Shown: in pieces, positions 36,156 through 48,066 of the stretch
How the letters are laid out: each line of letters opens with the position of its first letter
Numbering within the stretch: position 1 is the first letter of the stretch
Assembly: GCF_018350175.1 (NCBI RefSeq)
Contig: NC_058368.1
Span: forward strand, 192,450,001 to 192,514,000
Direction: 5' to 3'
Source: Felis catus
Taxonomy: Eukaryota
Length of the DNA stretch: 64,000 bases
Translations under genes and position numbers: made by a program
Notes under the pieces: model-generated
Told to the model about the DNA's origin: nothing
What the model saw: only the letters and a program-made list of their open reading frames with translations
Databases searched by the model: none

Positions 36156-38689
36156 AAATAAAGGTAAGGAAATCCACCAACATATTAACAGAGTTACCTC
36201 TGGGTGGCAGGATTACTGATGATTACCTTCACCTCTATTTTTCTAAATTTTCCTTTTTCTAATAAGTATACGATTTTTGTAAACAGAAGAAAACTACAGT
36301 TTTTTTTTAAATGTGTTTGAAAACAATCAAGGCCAAGCAAAAGCAAGTTAGAGGTCACCTATGTGTGAGTAATCAGAAACCTTTTAAGATTTAGGAAGCA
36401 CCTTTAGGAAGCCTTTAGGAAGCACCCTGTCTCCCGACCATGGGTCAGTCCACGTTTTATCTTCTTTGAAAGCCCCATGCAGAGCTCCCCACTCTTTTGG
36501 CTTCCAGAACTTCACCAGCCTCCTTGGCCCAGAGTTCCTGCTTATGAAGTCAGGCCTGGCTTGGCCAGGGCAGCTGTGGGCTGTGCTCTGTGGAGCCGTA
36601 GAAGACCCTGAAATCCCGGCCATTACCAGCTCACTTAGTTAACTGAGGAGGCCTGTTATTTACCAGTTCAAAAAAAGAGCTGGGGCATTCGTGCTCCCTC
36701 ACTTTGGGCTATTATGACTTTTCTGGGTGTTCTTTACAGGCCATGAGGAACTTCTGAGTCCCCCCACAGCTTTACTGTGATTTACAGCTAAAGGTTTACA
36801 GCTCAAAAACCTTCAATGGCTTCTCATTTCCTTCAGTTGGTATTTGCCAACTTCCTTAGTCTGGCATTTCAATGCCTGTACCCTCTGAACCAAGTTTCCT
36901 TACATCTCCAGTGGGTCAATCAAATGGTCTTCTAGCCAGCTGCACAGTGGGCCACGAAGGAAGAGTAATAAGCAAGGAAAGCTGGGGGTAAGAACGCACC
37001 GGGGAAAGGTAGGGGCTGTGGTGAACTCCAGCAAGCACAGACTTTCCAAAGGGACTGTCACTTTTCAGTGCCAGTCAATTGTTCGTTGGTGGCATCTTCC
37101 AGTTTTTTAAAGAAGATCAGGAAATCCGGATCTTTATGTGAAATCTCATGATTTTTAAAAAAATATTGGCAGCTAATTCACAAAACACATTTAGCCAGTC
37201 TGCTGATGGTAATTTGTGACTGGTCATAGGAACACACTGAACTCTTCTCTCTCTCTATACCTTTGCTTTTGCTGTTCCCGCTGCCAAGAACACCATCCCA
37301 CTCATCTGAATCTGGTGAACTCCACCTATTCTGTCAGGTCCAGCTAAAACACCTCTTCCATGAGCACCCCTGGATGACCTCTGCTGGAAGGGACACCTCC
37401 CTCCTTGGGGCTGCACCAGTCATTCAGCTCTGTGCCTGTCCATCTCATGCCATAGCTATTTCCATGAGTCCGATCTCCCCTGGTAGATAATGAGCTCCTG
37501 AAATATTCAACAAATATTTATGGAGTACCTGCTTTGTTGCAGGCACCAGGCTAAGCTCTGGGAATCCAGAACTAGATGGATAGACGTTGCCTTGATGGAA
37601 TACAGAGTCTACTACAGGGGGAAGATTTTAAATAAACCATTCCCAAGATACCTAATTCCAATTGTGATGAGTTTTATGAAGTTAAGAAAGTTTATAAAGG
37701 AGCTTAATCCAGTCAGGAGGATTAAGCAGGTCACGAGGCAGCTTGGGGGAAGGAAGCATTAGCACTCGGGCTGCTACATAAGGTTGCATAGTTTGTATAC
37801 TGCACAAAGGTAACCAGCTGAGAGGGCAGACGAGAGCTGCTTGCTTGCCCAAGCTGTGCCCTTTTCTAATTTGAAGAAAGGCAGGGGACAGTGTTTAGTT
37901 CCTCTGACTCCCCGACCTCCCTCCCCCACCCAGCCAAAAGCTGCTCTAAATAAATGTAGAATCTAAGTAAAAATGGTGACTTCCCTATTTATGTGCAGCC
38001 TCAAGAGATGGAACCGTTCTCCCTTTCTACCAGAATATACCCCCGAAATCCTTACTTGAAAGATTCTGGGGGTCAAGAAGGGCATCTCTGAGGAAGTGAC
38101 ATTGGAACTGAGGCTGCAGGATAAGAGGCCAGGCAGGTAGAAGTATGAGGAACAACAGCATGTGCCAGCCCTCTGAGGAAAGTACTGTGGCAGACACCTA
38201 ATAAATGTCCAGCATGAGACAGAGAGGGGAAGGACAGGAAGGGGTGGGCTGGGATCATACCATGCATGGCCTAGAAGGCCATATTAGGGGGGTTGATTTT
38301 TATCCTGAAATGTCTTATATACTCCCCCTCTCGAACAATGCTACTGATGGGTGTCACCGCTCATGGGCAGGCCCATAGAGTGCACGATACCAGAAACTAC
38401 CTTTACAGAGCATCCATCATGAACCGTACACTATGCTGGGGCCACGTGTCCAGTCCATTCTTCCTTTCCCAGCCTCCTAAGGAAGTAAGTATTCTCAGTA
38501 TTCTCTGATTCCAATTGCACAGATGAAGAAAACTGAGGCCCACAGAGGATGAGCCATCTGCCCAACATTACCTGGCAACTCAGGGGTGGGCAGGGATCTA
38601 CGCCCAGGTCTGCGGGATTCTGAGCCCCTCCTTTGGGTTACCATGTAGCAATGACCCTCATGAATAAACAGAAGGCACGAGGAGTCCAG

Positions 38690-38845
38690 AGCCTTTGCTG
38701 GTCAGGGTGGGGAGTCGGGGCTTGCAGTATTGGCATCACCTGGAAACTTGTCAGAAGTGTAGGCTTTGCAAGTTCTGTCCCAGTACCACTGACTTAGAGT
38801 CTGCATTTTACAAGACCCCTGTACACATCACAGGCTGAGAAGCAC
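38690..38845. mobile_element. MER5A-like hAT MITE
   Basis: ggcatcacctggaaacttgtcagaa...agagtctgcattttacaaga...tgagaagcact. Confidence 0.75.
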
Positions 38846-39947
38846 TAGAAAGCAGTCCAAGCAATAATAACCCTTCCACAACAGCCTAGTGTCTCGCAGG
38901 CCAGGTCTCCTGTGACTTGAAAACAGCTTATTATAACCAAATTTGTCAGAATTGCCAACTGTTCCATCCATCCACCTGCCCCAGTTTTGCCTTCTGTTGT
39001 GACTCCAAGAGAAAGACTATTAGAATATACCATCAACTCCAGGGAGGGGTTTCTGCTCAATTTCTTACTATGATCTCACCCAGGAATAAATATAAAGCTG
39101 TTTGACCCTTCTCCGGGCTAATTTCTGCTCCGAATCATCTTCCATTGGGGGCCCACTCTGACCCCCAGATCATGTTCTGGGACCCACCTTTCACAAGACA
39201 ATTCCCTTTCTCTGTCTGCATATCTGAGGAGGCAAAATGGCTTGTCAGAAAAGATTAATGGGTGACTCTGGGAAACTTCCACCTCCACTTCCTCACCGGC
39301 ATCTGAGAAATGGGTAGCTTGGACAGAACTAGGAGTCGCTAGATCAAGGGTTTGGCAGGTAACATAAAGGAAGTTGAGTGGCCTAGGTGAAATAGAAAAG
39401 GATAGGAGATGAAACAGAAATAGTGGGGACTGTGGCAATGACTGAAGGCAATGCCCTGACTAAAAAAGGCAGCTACACCTAGCATTAGGCAACTGTTGTC
39501 CTGGGAAATAGGGGTCCAGTGTTGTTAGGGATTCTAATTTCTCAAGTGTTGCGAATCTGATTTTCCCACTCTGAAATATCATATGGTTTTTCAATGCTGG
39601 CATCTGGCTAAAAATTAGACACTCTGTGGGTCACATAAGAGATCAGGAGCACGGCACATCTGCCCGTGGGCCGCCAGCTTGAGATGCCTGGCCTGGATGC
39701 CACCCTAATGTGGTAAGCTTAGGACTCCATTCTACGTGTAGCTCTTTTAGAATGCCGCAAAGCGGCTGCTGCAAGAGCGGCCGAATCCGCGCCCTCCGGG
39801 GCTGGCCGCCCCTCCCCACCGCGGCCCCGGCCCCCATCGGTGCCCCCTCCCAGGCCTCTCCGGCAGAGGGGCTTGCACGGGGACTCCGACCCGTTCGCGG
39901 TGGCGGTGATGGGGCGCACGACGTCGCTTTCTTCTCACTCTCCCTAC

Positions 39948-40020
39948 CTGCTCGCCCGCTGCCGCCGTACGCCGCAGCGATGACTCAGCCTCCGGCGGCC
40001 CTGGCGCGGCGGGGGAGGGG
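39948..40020 (-). other. Candidate non-coding first exon (gene unidentified; EPB41L1 is an unverified guess)
   Basis: GC-rich, ATG-free minus-strand segment ending ...GGCGAGCAG|GTAGGG (intron from 39947) at the island core; TSS position estimated. Confidence 0.55.
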
Positions 40021-40197
40021 CGAGGGCGAGGGTGGGGAGGGGAGGGAGGAGGAAGGAGGGTAGACGGGAAAGGGAGGGGGCTGAGAGGCTGCAGAGGAGG
40101 GGAGAAGAGGGGCGGAGCAGAGGGGAAGGAGGGGGAGAGGCGGAGAGGAGGAGTGGGAGGGCGGAGAGGAGGGGCGAGAGGAGAGAAAGGGGCGGGG
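40011..40197. repeat. Polypurine (G/A) low-complexity tract
   Basis: About 190 bp almost entirely G/A with many GGG/GGGG runs. Confidence 0.9.
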
Positions 40198-40775
40198 CTC
40201 CTGGAGGCCGAAGCCCCGCCCCCCCGCTGCTGGGGGCCTGCGGACAGCAGGCTAGCAGGGTGCGGGAGGCGGGGTGGAGAATAGTGGAGGGGCGCGGCTG
40301 GGAGGAGAAGGGAGGGTCGTATGCTACCCCCCATTGATCCCCTCTCTCGAAAGCTCTTGTGGAAGTACACCTCCTAGCCACACCCACAGGCCACCCTTGC
40401 CCTTGCTGGAGCAGTGCCAGGGAATGCACCTTTAGCCACGGACCTTTTAAAAGTGAGCACCTTCAGGTGGGGGCCTTGGGTCCTGGGCAGTTAGAGACCG
40501 AGATGAAACAGCCGGAGCCCTGCATCCTGGGGCCTTGCGGGTGAGAGAAAACCCACGTCGCCTATCCACAAGTGCAAATTTAAAGGGAGGAATGATCTAG
40601 TGGCACATTGTGCTGGGCTTACACAAGTAAGTAGCTGGAAACACAAGGTGGGATTTGGAAGGTGCCCTAAGAAAGTTTCCTTAGCAACTTTCTGATAATA
40701 TAAATGAATCTATGAATGAATAAAACGTGCTGTAGGAACATACTTGTGTGTCTATGAGGGGCTAATTTTTTAAAA

Positions 40776-41290
40776 ATGTCTTTATGTGTGTTCATGTGTG
40801 TTTGGGAGGAGGAGTGTGTGTGTGTCTTGGGTGATGTATGTACTCGTATGTTTATGCATGTAAGTGCACTGATAGCTGCGTATGCATCTGTGTGCCCAGA
40901 ATGTGTCTTTGTGTATATGTATAGGTGTTTATGTGCCTTAATATTAAACTTGTGTGTCGGTGAGATCTAGGGGCACGCCTGAGTTTGTATGTAAATATAT
41001 ATATGTACAAGAATTTATATATTTGTGTATGTGACTATGTACTCCTTGGGTGTGTATTGCTTTCATGTGTCAATGTCATATGTGGGCAGGGCCGGGGAGC
41101 GGGAAAGCATGTGTCTTGGTGAGACTGTGTTATGGTGATGTGTCTGTGTGTATGAGAATACATTTTGAGTCTGACCAGGGCTCCAGTATGTCTTGAGGCT
41201 GCAAGTGTGTGTCTGTGTGTATGAATGAGAACGTATGTGTTTTTCGGAGTCTGTATGGATGTGACTATGTGTGTGTCTTGATGTATCTCT
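40776..41290. repeat. Degenerate (TG)/(TATG)-rich simple repeat region
   Basis: Recurring tgtgtg/tgtatg motifs over about 500 bp. Confidence 0.75.
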
Positions 41291-41334
41291 GTAGCTATCC
41301 TGCGGATTCCGTCTGAGATAAGGAGCATGGTATT

Positions 41335-41850
41335 CTTTGTTTCCAGTTTTATTGAAAAATAATTAACACACATTGTGTAAGTTGAAGGTGTGCAGCATGA
41401 TGGCTTGATTTACATATATTGTGAAATGATTACCACAATAGGTTCAGCTAACATCCATCTTCTTACGTAGATACAATTAAAAGAAAAGAAAGAAGAAAAA
41501 AGGAAAAAAATTTTCTCCTTGTGGTGAAAACTCTTAGGATTTACTCGTAACAATGTTCTGAGGTATCATACAGGAGTGTTAGCTATAGTCATCATGTGGT
41601 ACGTTACATCCCTAGTCTAACTGGAAGTTTATGTTTTTTGGACCACCTTCCTCCATTTCCCCCTCTGCCCCCCACTTTGGTAACCACAAGTCTGATCTCT
41701 TTTTCTATCAGTTGTTTTTTATTTTTGTCTTTAGAGTCCACATTTAAGTGAGATTATACAGTATTTATGTTTCTTTGACTTATTTCACTTAGCATAATGT
41801 CTTCAAGATCCAGCCAGGTTGTGGCAAATGATAGGATTTCCTTGTTTTTT
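41335..41850 (-). mobile_element. L1 (L1MA-like) 3' end, antisense
   Basis: cagttttattgaaaaataatt...gctatagtcatcatg...ggtaaccacaagtctgatctc...cttatttcacttagcataatg. Confidence 0.9.
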
Positions 41851-41867
41851 TTAAGGATCATGTGATT

Positions 41868-42073
41868 TTTTTTTTTTTTACTGTTTATTTATTTTTGAAA
41901 GACGAGCGTGAGCAGGGGAGGGGCAGAGAGAGAGGGAGACACAGAATCTGAAGCAGGCTTCAGTCTCTGAGCTGTCAGCACAGAGCCCCATGAGAGGCTC
42001 AAACCCACGAACTGTGAGATCATGAACTGAGTGGAAGTCTGATGCTTAACCAACTGAGCCACCTAGGTGCCCC
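41868..42073 (-). mobile_element. Can-SINE
   Basis: Full-length antisense copy. Confidence 0.93.
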
Positions 42074-42089
42074 ACGGGTAATTCTTTAA

Positions 42090-42263
42090 GTTTACATCTT
42101 TATTTTGAAGGGGGGAGGAACAGGGAGGGAGGGGGACAGAGGGTCCAAAGCAGGCTCTGAGCTGTCAGCACAGAGCCTGACGTGGGGCTTGAACCCACAA
42201 GCCTTGAGATTATGACCTGAGCCGAGGGCAGACACCGAACAGACTGAGCTACCCAGGCGCCCC
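42090..42263 (-). mobile_element. Can-SINE (short body)
   Basis: Antisense copy ending ccaggcgcccc. Confidence 0.9.
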
Positions 42264-42773
42264 ATGGCCATGTGATTCTTAAGGGTTGGGCTAGTGGAGG
42301 TGCTTCTTGGAGGAAGAGGCCCTTGGCGGGCATGGGGTGGGGACCGTGGAAGTAGGAAAAAGATCTGGTTGTGCCAGCCCAGTGACCATCCAGAGTAGTG
42401 ACAGGTTGGGCCAACAATGTAGGCTAAAGCAAGACCTTGAATGCCAAAATGATTCTTTGCGGCCTCCTTGGGCCCTCCCAGGTGCTTGGTCTGTTTCTCT
42501 AGTGGCCTCCTCACTGTTTATCTTGCCAGTGCTCTTCTGCAGAGTGCACGTCCTTGGTAATTAACAATAGCAACATTATGGTGCACTCACTGTATGCTAG
42601 ACCCCCAAAGTCATGAATGGGCATTGGTTCAGTTCTGTGAGGCAGAAATCTAATATCCCCAGTTTTACAGAGGGGAAACTGAGTTGGTCAAGTGCCTATT
42701 CCTGTTTATGCAGCTAAGAAGGTGCCTCTGGTGCCTCGGACTCCAGAGGCCGCCTCCTTCTCAACTGCTAGAC

Positions 42774-43221
42774 CAGGGTCTTGCAAGCTCGGCATTATTA
42801 ACATTTGAGGCCAGATAATCCAGTGATGTGGGGCTGCGCTGGGCACTGTGGGATGTCCAGCAGCATTGTCAGTCTCTACACACTGGATGCCAGTAGCAAC
42901 TGCCTCCCCAGTTGTGACAAGCAAGATGTCTCCAGATAGTTCCAAATGTCGGGACATCTGGGTGATTCAGTCGGTTGAGCGTCCGACTTCGGCTCAGGTC
43001 ATGATCTCGCGGTCTGTGAGTTCGAGCCCCGCGTTGGGCTCTGTGCTGACATCTCAGAGCCTGGAGCCAGGAGCCTGCTTCTGCTTCTGTGTCTCCCTCT
43101 CTCTCTGCCCCTAACCCACTCGCATTCTGTCTCTGTCTCTCTCAAAAATAAATCAACATTAGATAGTTCCAAATGTCCCCTGGGGACAGAATCACCCCTC
43201 CCCCCCGACTGAGAACCACTG
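42774..43221. mobile_element. MER20 hAT element split by a SINE
   Basis: ggcattattaacattt..ccagataat..gatgccagtagca..cagttgtgacaa..tgtctccaga..ccaaatgtcccctgggg..tgagaaccactg. Confidence 0.9.
42951..43160 (+). mobile_element. Can-SINE nested in MER20
   Basis: Perfect 17-bp TSD AGATAGTTCCAAATGTC at 42934-42950 and 43161-43177. Confidence 0.96.
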
Positions 43222-44064
43222 CCCCCCTGGATAAATGTTTCCTGAGGGGCTGCACTGTCTCCACCAGGTCCAGTGGCTGCAGCTGTCACGGCGACCCTCA
43301 TTTTCATGCAGGTAGCCCCTTCCCTTTGCCACAAACAGAAGGTTTACCAGCTGGGCCACCTTGTTCAGCAACTGAACCTCTATGCACCCCAGCCACAGAA
43401 AGCTTGGCACTTCAGTGATACCTCTACAGCCCTTACTATTATCGTTCAAGTCACAGGGTTTCCTGGGGTACGAATGTGGAGAAAGAAGGCCCCACGCCAG
43501 CCAGCTCTCTCTGGCCCAGAGCTATAGACGCTGCTGCTGCTTCTGCGAGTTTGCTTTCCTGGTTCAGTGAGAATACAATGCTATAGTGTTGAGCCAAAAC
43601 TGGTCCCGTTTGACGCTATCATCATTATGCAGTTTCATTTTTGCAAATAAAACAGCCTGACTCTCCCCACCAGCAGAGCCTGGTTTTAACGAGCAAGAGC
43701 TACGTTACAGCCAGAGCAGGTGCTCAGGAAGGGCAAGGTGGAGCCATTAGCAGGGCTCTCGGCCTGTCCAGGCCTGGGCAGGGCATCCATGCTGCTGGGC
43801 AAGGGCCTGGGTGGCAGCTGGAGGGGAGAGCTGTAGCAGTGCCAGGCAAGCAGGAGGCCTCAGGCTCCTGCTACAGACAAGACAGAGGCGACAACACCCG
43901 CAGAGCACTTTCACACCACTCCTGTCTCTGGCACTCCGGAAACCTTCGTCTCTTGCCTGTGTGTTCCTGTACTGTGCTATCTCTCCCTGCACTCCTATTC
44001 TCCTGCAATCCCTGCGGTGTTCTATGTTCACAGGGCCTCCGTCCATTTCCTCTTGGGGGGGCTG

Positions 44065-44280
44065 TAGAACAAGGTGGTTAAAGACGGAGGTTCTGGCACC
44101 TCATTACCTGAGTCTGTGTGACCTTGGGCAAGGCGCTTCACCTCTCTGTGCCTCAGCTTCCTCATGTCTAGAGTGGGGATACTGAGAGGCCCTATCTGGT
44201 AGGGCTAAATGAGATAGTACACGGAAAGGATACAAGACATCTACTGAGCCCTGAATAAATAGCAGCTACCACTATTGCTG
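44065..44280 (+). mobile_element. MIR
   Basis: ctgtgtgaccttgggcaagg..cttcacctctctgtgcctcagcttcctcat core. Confidence 0.85.
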
Positions 44281-45624
44281 TGATTCTTGATGAACAATGA
44301 ATGCAAATGAGCACTTATTTATTTGCCGGGCCCTGTGCTAAGCCCCGGACCATTTTTTTCTCATTGGATCCCTTCAACAGCTCTGGAAGGAAAGTGCTAT
44401 TATTAGCCTCACAGCAGAGAAAGGAAGCTCAGATACCATGATGCTAAGTGACTTACTCAGGGTGACAGAACTAAGATGAATCTGAACCTGAGTGTTGTCA
44501 CTGCAAAGTCTAACCACCCTGATCTTCTCCGCTGAAAGCAGATTTCTCCATAGGAAGGGGGGCTCCTCTCCAGCTGGGGTGTGCAGGGGAAATATGGCAG
44601 GCATGGAGAAGGCAGGGAGGTGCCTGGGCAGAAGGAGGGGGTCGGCTTAAAAGTTGCCCTTTTTCAGCTTTTGATGAAATCCCTAGCACAGTGGACTGTG
44701 GTCTCATGACCTCCGAGGGGTGGTGCCAAGTTTTTATCAGTGTATGAAGTTTATTTTTATTCCGAGCCAGGGTATATATTGTTCTGGTGCTTTTTATTTG
44801 AATTGGGTTGTAGGAAAGGTATAGAACGCCATCACAGGGACAGACGGGAGGCCCGTTTTAGAGCTGATGCCAGAGAAAGATGGTGTGCTTATCAGGAGCT
44901 GTGAGAACGTGGCCAGGTGAGCGTGTAAGAGAGGATGGTCTGTGCCGAAGTGTTCTTCCAACTCTCGGGGACCAAGAGAGTCATGTGGCAATTGTTTTGT
45001 TTTCCTTTAAAGGTATCCAAGGTATCATTTTTCCTTGTGCTGTGATTGTGTAATTGTATTAGTTACCTATTGCTATGTAGCAAACGATCCCAAACCTTAG
45101 TGGCTTAAAACAATTATTTATTATCTCCCAAGTTCCTGCGGATCAGGAATTCAGGAGTGAGTTAGCTGCACAGTCTCTGGCTTGTAGTCGCTCATGGAGT
45201 ACTAAGGTAGGTGCTAGCATAGATCTTTTGTAAAAGCAAAGTGGCATAATGCAACCTTTCCAAAAGTAAGGGACGACTATATATGGACATACGATTAGTT
45301 AACTATTTCCCCTATTGCTGTGTACTCGGCTTCTAAGTTTTTCTTGTTACCAATGAGGTTTCAGTGAACATCTTTGGAGCCCGGAGCTCATCACGTGCCG
45401 AGGGCTGTCCTAGGTACCTATTGTTTGTGTACCTCATTTAATCCTTCACCAGACGAAACTCAGCCAGACAACGACACTTTCAGGCTTTTGTCTAACTCAG
45501 AGTGCTTTTTAAGGATGGAGAATTCCTTGTTTTCTCAGCCCTAAAGTTCTTTATTCCACTAGGGCCCCTGAGGAGTACTTATCTTGCACTCTGCAAACCT
45601 GTGTTTAAAAAAAGGACAGGTCCT

Positions 45625-45835
45625 GGGGCACCTGGGTGGCTCAGTCGGTTAAGCATCTGACTTCGGCTCAGGTCATGATGTTATGGTTTGTGAGTTCGAG
45701 CCCCGCGTCGGGCTCTGGGCTGACAGCTCAGAGCCTGCTTCAGGTTCTGTGTCTCCCTCTCTCTCTCTGCCTCTCCCCCAGTTGCACTCTGTCTCTCTGT
45801 CTCAAAAATAAATAAACAATAATAATAATAATAAT
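45625..45835 (+). mobile_element. Can-SINE with (AAT)n tail
   Basis: aaaaaggacag flanks. Confidence 0.95.
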
Positions 45836-45899
45836 AAAAAGGACAGCTTATCACTAGGCTCACAGTAGGTAGGGCCCACCAGACATGGCCCTGTAGCAG

Positions 45900-46240
45900 G
45901 CAGGATAGGCCAGGTTATGCTGCAGTGACAAACAACCCCGAGATAAGGGCTTAAGGCATTGGTCATGGGGTTGCCATAGGTTCTGTTGTGTGTTGTCCCC
46001 AACCTGAACACTGCCGGTTGCCGTTCCAGGAGGCAAGAGAGAATGTAGTCAAAGGCACACTGGCTCCTCAAGCTTCACCTGGAAGTGACTTGTTACTTCC
46101 TCTCACTTTTTTTTTTTTTTTTTTTTGATGAAGCAAATCCTATAGGCTTAACTCTAAAGGGGAAGTGATGTGTGTTCTCCCGTGTGCCCCAAGTGGAGAG
46201 AACTGGAATATTTGGTGAACAGCACGGATGACTGCCACAG
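45900..46240. mobile_element. Old MLT1-type LTR
   Basis: caggatagg..aggttatgctgcagtgacaaacaacccc, ctggaagtgac, gaactggaatatttggtgaacagcac. Confidence 0.7.
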
Positions 46241-47883
46241 GCCTTGTCCTCTGTTGATCACTGAAAACAGTCTGGCAATCCTAACCACATTTTGGAATAA
46301 CGAAGTCCAGGCCAGGAGTGCCCAGGGGTCTCTCAGCATTCCGTCCCTGAGGAAAGACCCTTGCCTGTAAACCCCCTCTTGCCCATACTGTGAAGCCCAG
46401 CTGCCTTGAATCTCTGGGGCCCCAGGATATAAGGAGAACAGAGGAGTCTGGGTCCAGGGACACAGTTGGATCCCACCCGTGACCAGGGGTACAGTGGTGG
46501 AGCTCTGAATTCTGAACTGTATTTGTCAGAGTGACTATGGGTCTGTGCTGTTGGGTAGTAGAAAGGGCATTTGACTCCTCTGTGACCTTGGAAATGTCAT
46601 CTGGAAACAACCTACATGGACCTCAAAGGGGAATGGATATACCAGCTAGAATACTAAATACTAAAGAGAAATGATTCCGAGTATATATGTATGCAGATAT
46701 ACCTAGAAAACATAATGCTGAGAAGGGAGGGAAAAAAGCAAGTGGTGGAATGATATGATATGTGCAGTTTGATGCCATTTATGTAATTTTGAAATACATG
46801 TGCTAAACAATGCTGCCCATATTGTGTTTTGCATACGATAGTCGATAGTGGATAGTGGGCTGGCTGAGGGGCCATGGGGAGGAGGGACAGGGCAGAGATG
46901 GGGGCAAATGGGGCGTTGAGTCTATTTGTAATTAAAAAAATAAAAACACAGGATTAAGCAAATATAACTTATTCTTAACAGTTGTCAATTCTGAGGAGGA
47001 GACTTGGATGTTTGTAATATTACTGTTTGTATTTTGTGTGTGTTTTTAGAATGCAAGCTTGTGTTTTTAGAAGGCTCATCTTCCTAGGTCAGTTTCCCCA
47101 TCTCTAAAATAAGGTAGTTCACCTAGAACAGTGGATGGGTATCAGATAACAGGACTTCACAGACCAATGAAATTGCAGGCAAACAAATGGGAACAGGGAT
47201 GTCCATTTAAAATTTTTCCCAGAATAGATTTTAAAAAATGAATGATCTATTCTGATCATGATTTCAGAGAAAGAACACTAATGTGAAACTAGTGGGAAGG
47301 ACACAATCACAGAATAGAGAGTTGAATAAGATTTTAGTCTTGTTTTCCAGTAACTTAGTGAAAGAAACACGTACTCACTGTAGAACATTTGGAAAATGTA
47401 TTACTAACAGAATAAAAATTACCCATCTTTATTCTTAACACCCAGAGGGGGTAATTACCATTAACATTTCAGCTCTTTCTTCACAGTATTTATTAAACAG
47501 ATCTAGTGGGTGTATTTGTAATTTATATGTGGCTTCTGTGCCTTATTTCTTATTGTAAAGGCAATACATTAATGGAAATTTAGAAAAAAAACCAAAAGGA
47601 AATGGAGATATTGATATTAATAGGCTTTCTCCCATATTAATTTTTCTCATCTCACCTTAAATCAAAGAAAACTTCCACAAATAGGTGTTTAGAAATAATA
47701 ATAAGAAAGAATAATAATAAATGGTATTTGTTGAGCCTTCCTATGTGCCAAACCTTGTGCTAAAAGCTACAGACGGCTCATCCCGCTTTGTCCTCACCAC
47801 AAGCCTGAAGTGGAAACTGTTATTGCCCCATTTTACAGATATGGAAGTTGAAGTTCAGAAAGGTGAAGTAAAAGCTTGCTCAA

Positions 47884-48066
47884 GGGGCACCTGGGTGGCT
47901 CAGTCGGTTAAGCCTCCAACTCTTGATTTCAGCTCAGGTCATGATCTCATGGTTTCATGGGATCTAGCCCCGCATTAAGCTCTGCACTACAGCGTGGAGC
48001 CTGCTTCGGATTCCTTCTCTGCCTTTCTCTTTCTCTCAAAATAAATAAATAAACACACAAAAAAAT
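47884..48066 (+). mobile_element. Can-SINE, older type, in a MIR
   Basis: ctcttgatttcagctcagg head variant; ttgctcaa flanks. Confidence 0.9.

Larger units (their letters stand above)
39740..40320. promoter_or_regulatory. CpG island promoter (main promoter of a minus-strand gene)
   Basis: Dense CpG and GC; GC boxes (GGGGCGGAG, GGGGCGGGG near 40110 and 40190); AP-1 TGACTCA 39981-39987; palindromic CGACGTCG near 39919. Confidence 0.85.

Noticed and set aside
39747..40429. 207-aa and 161-aa Pro/Leu/Ser-rich minus ORFs
   Set aside because: Low-complexity translation of the polypyrimidine tract and CpG island; they read through the candidate donor
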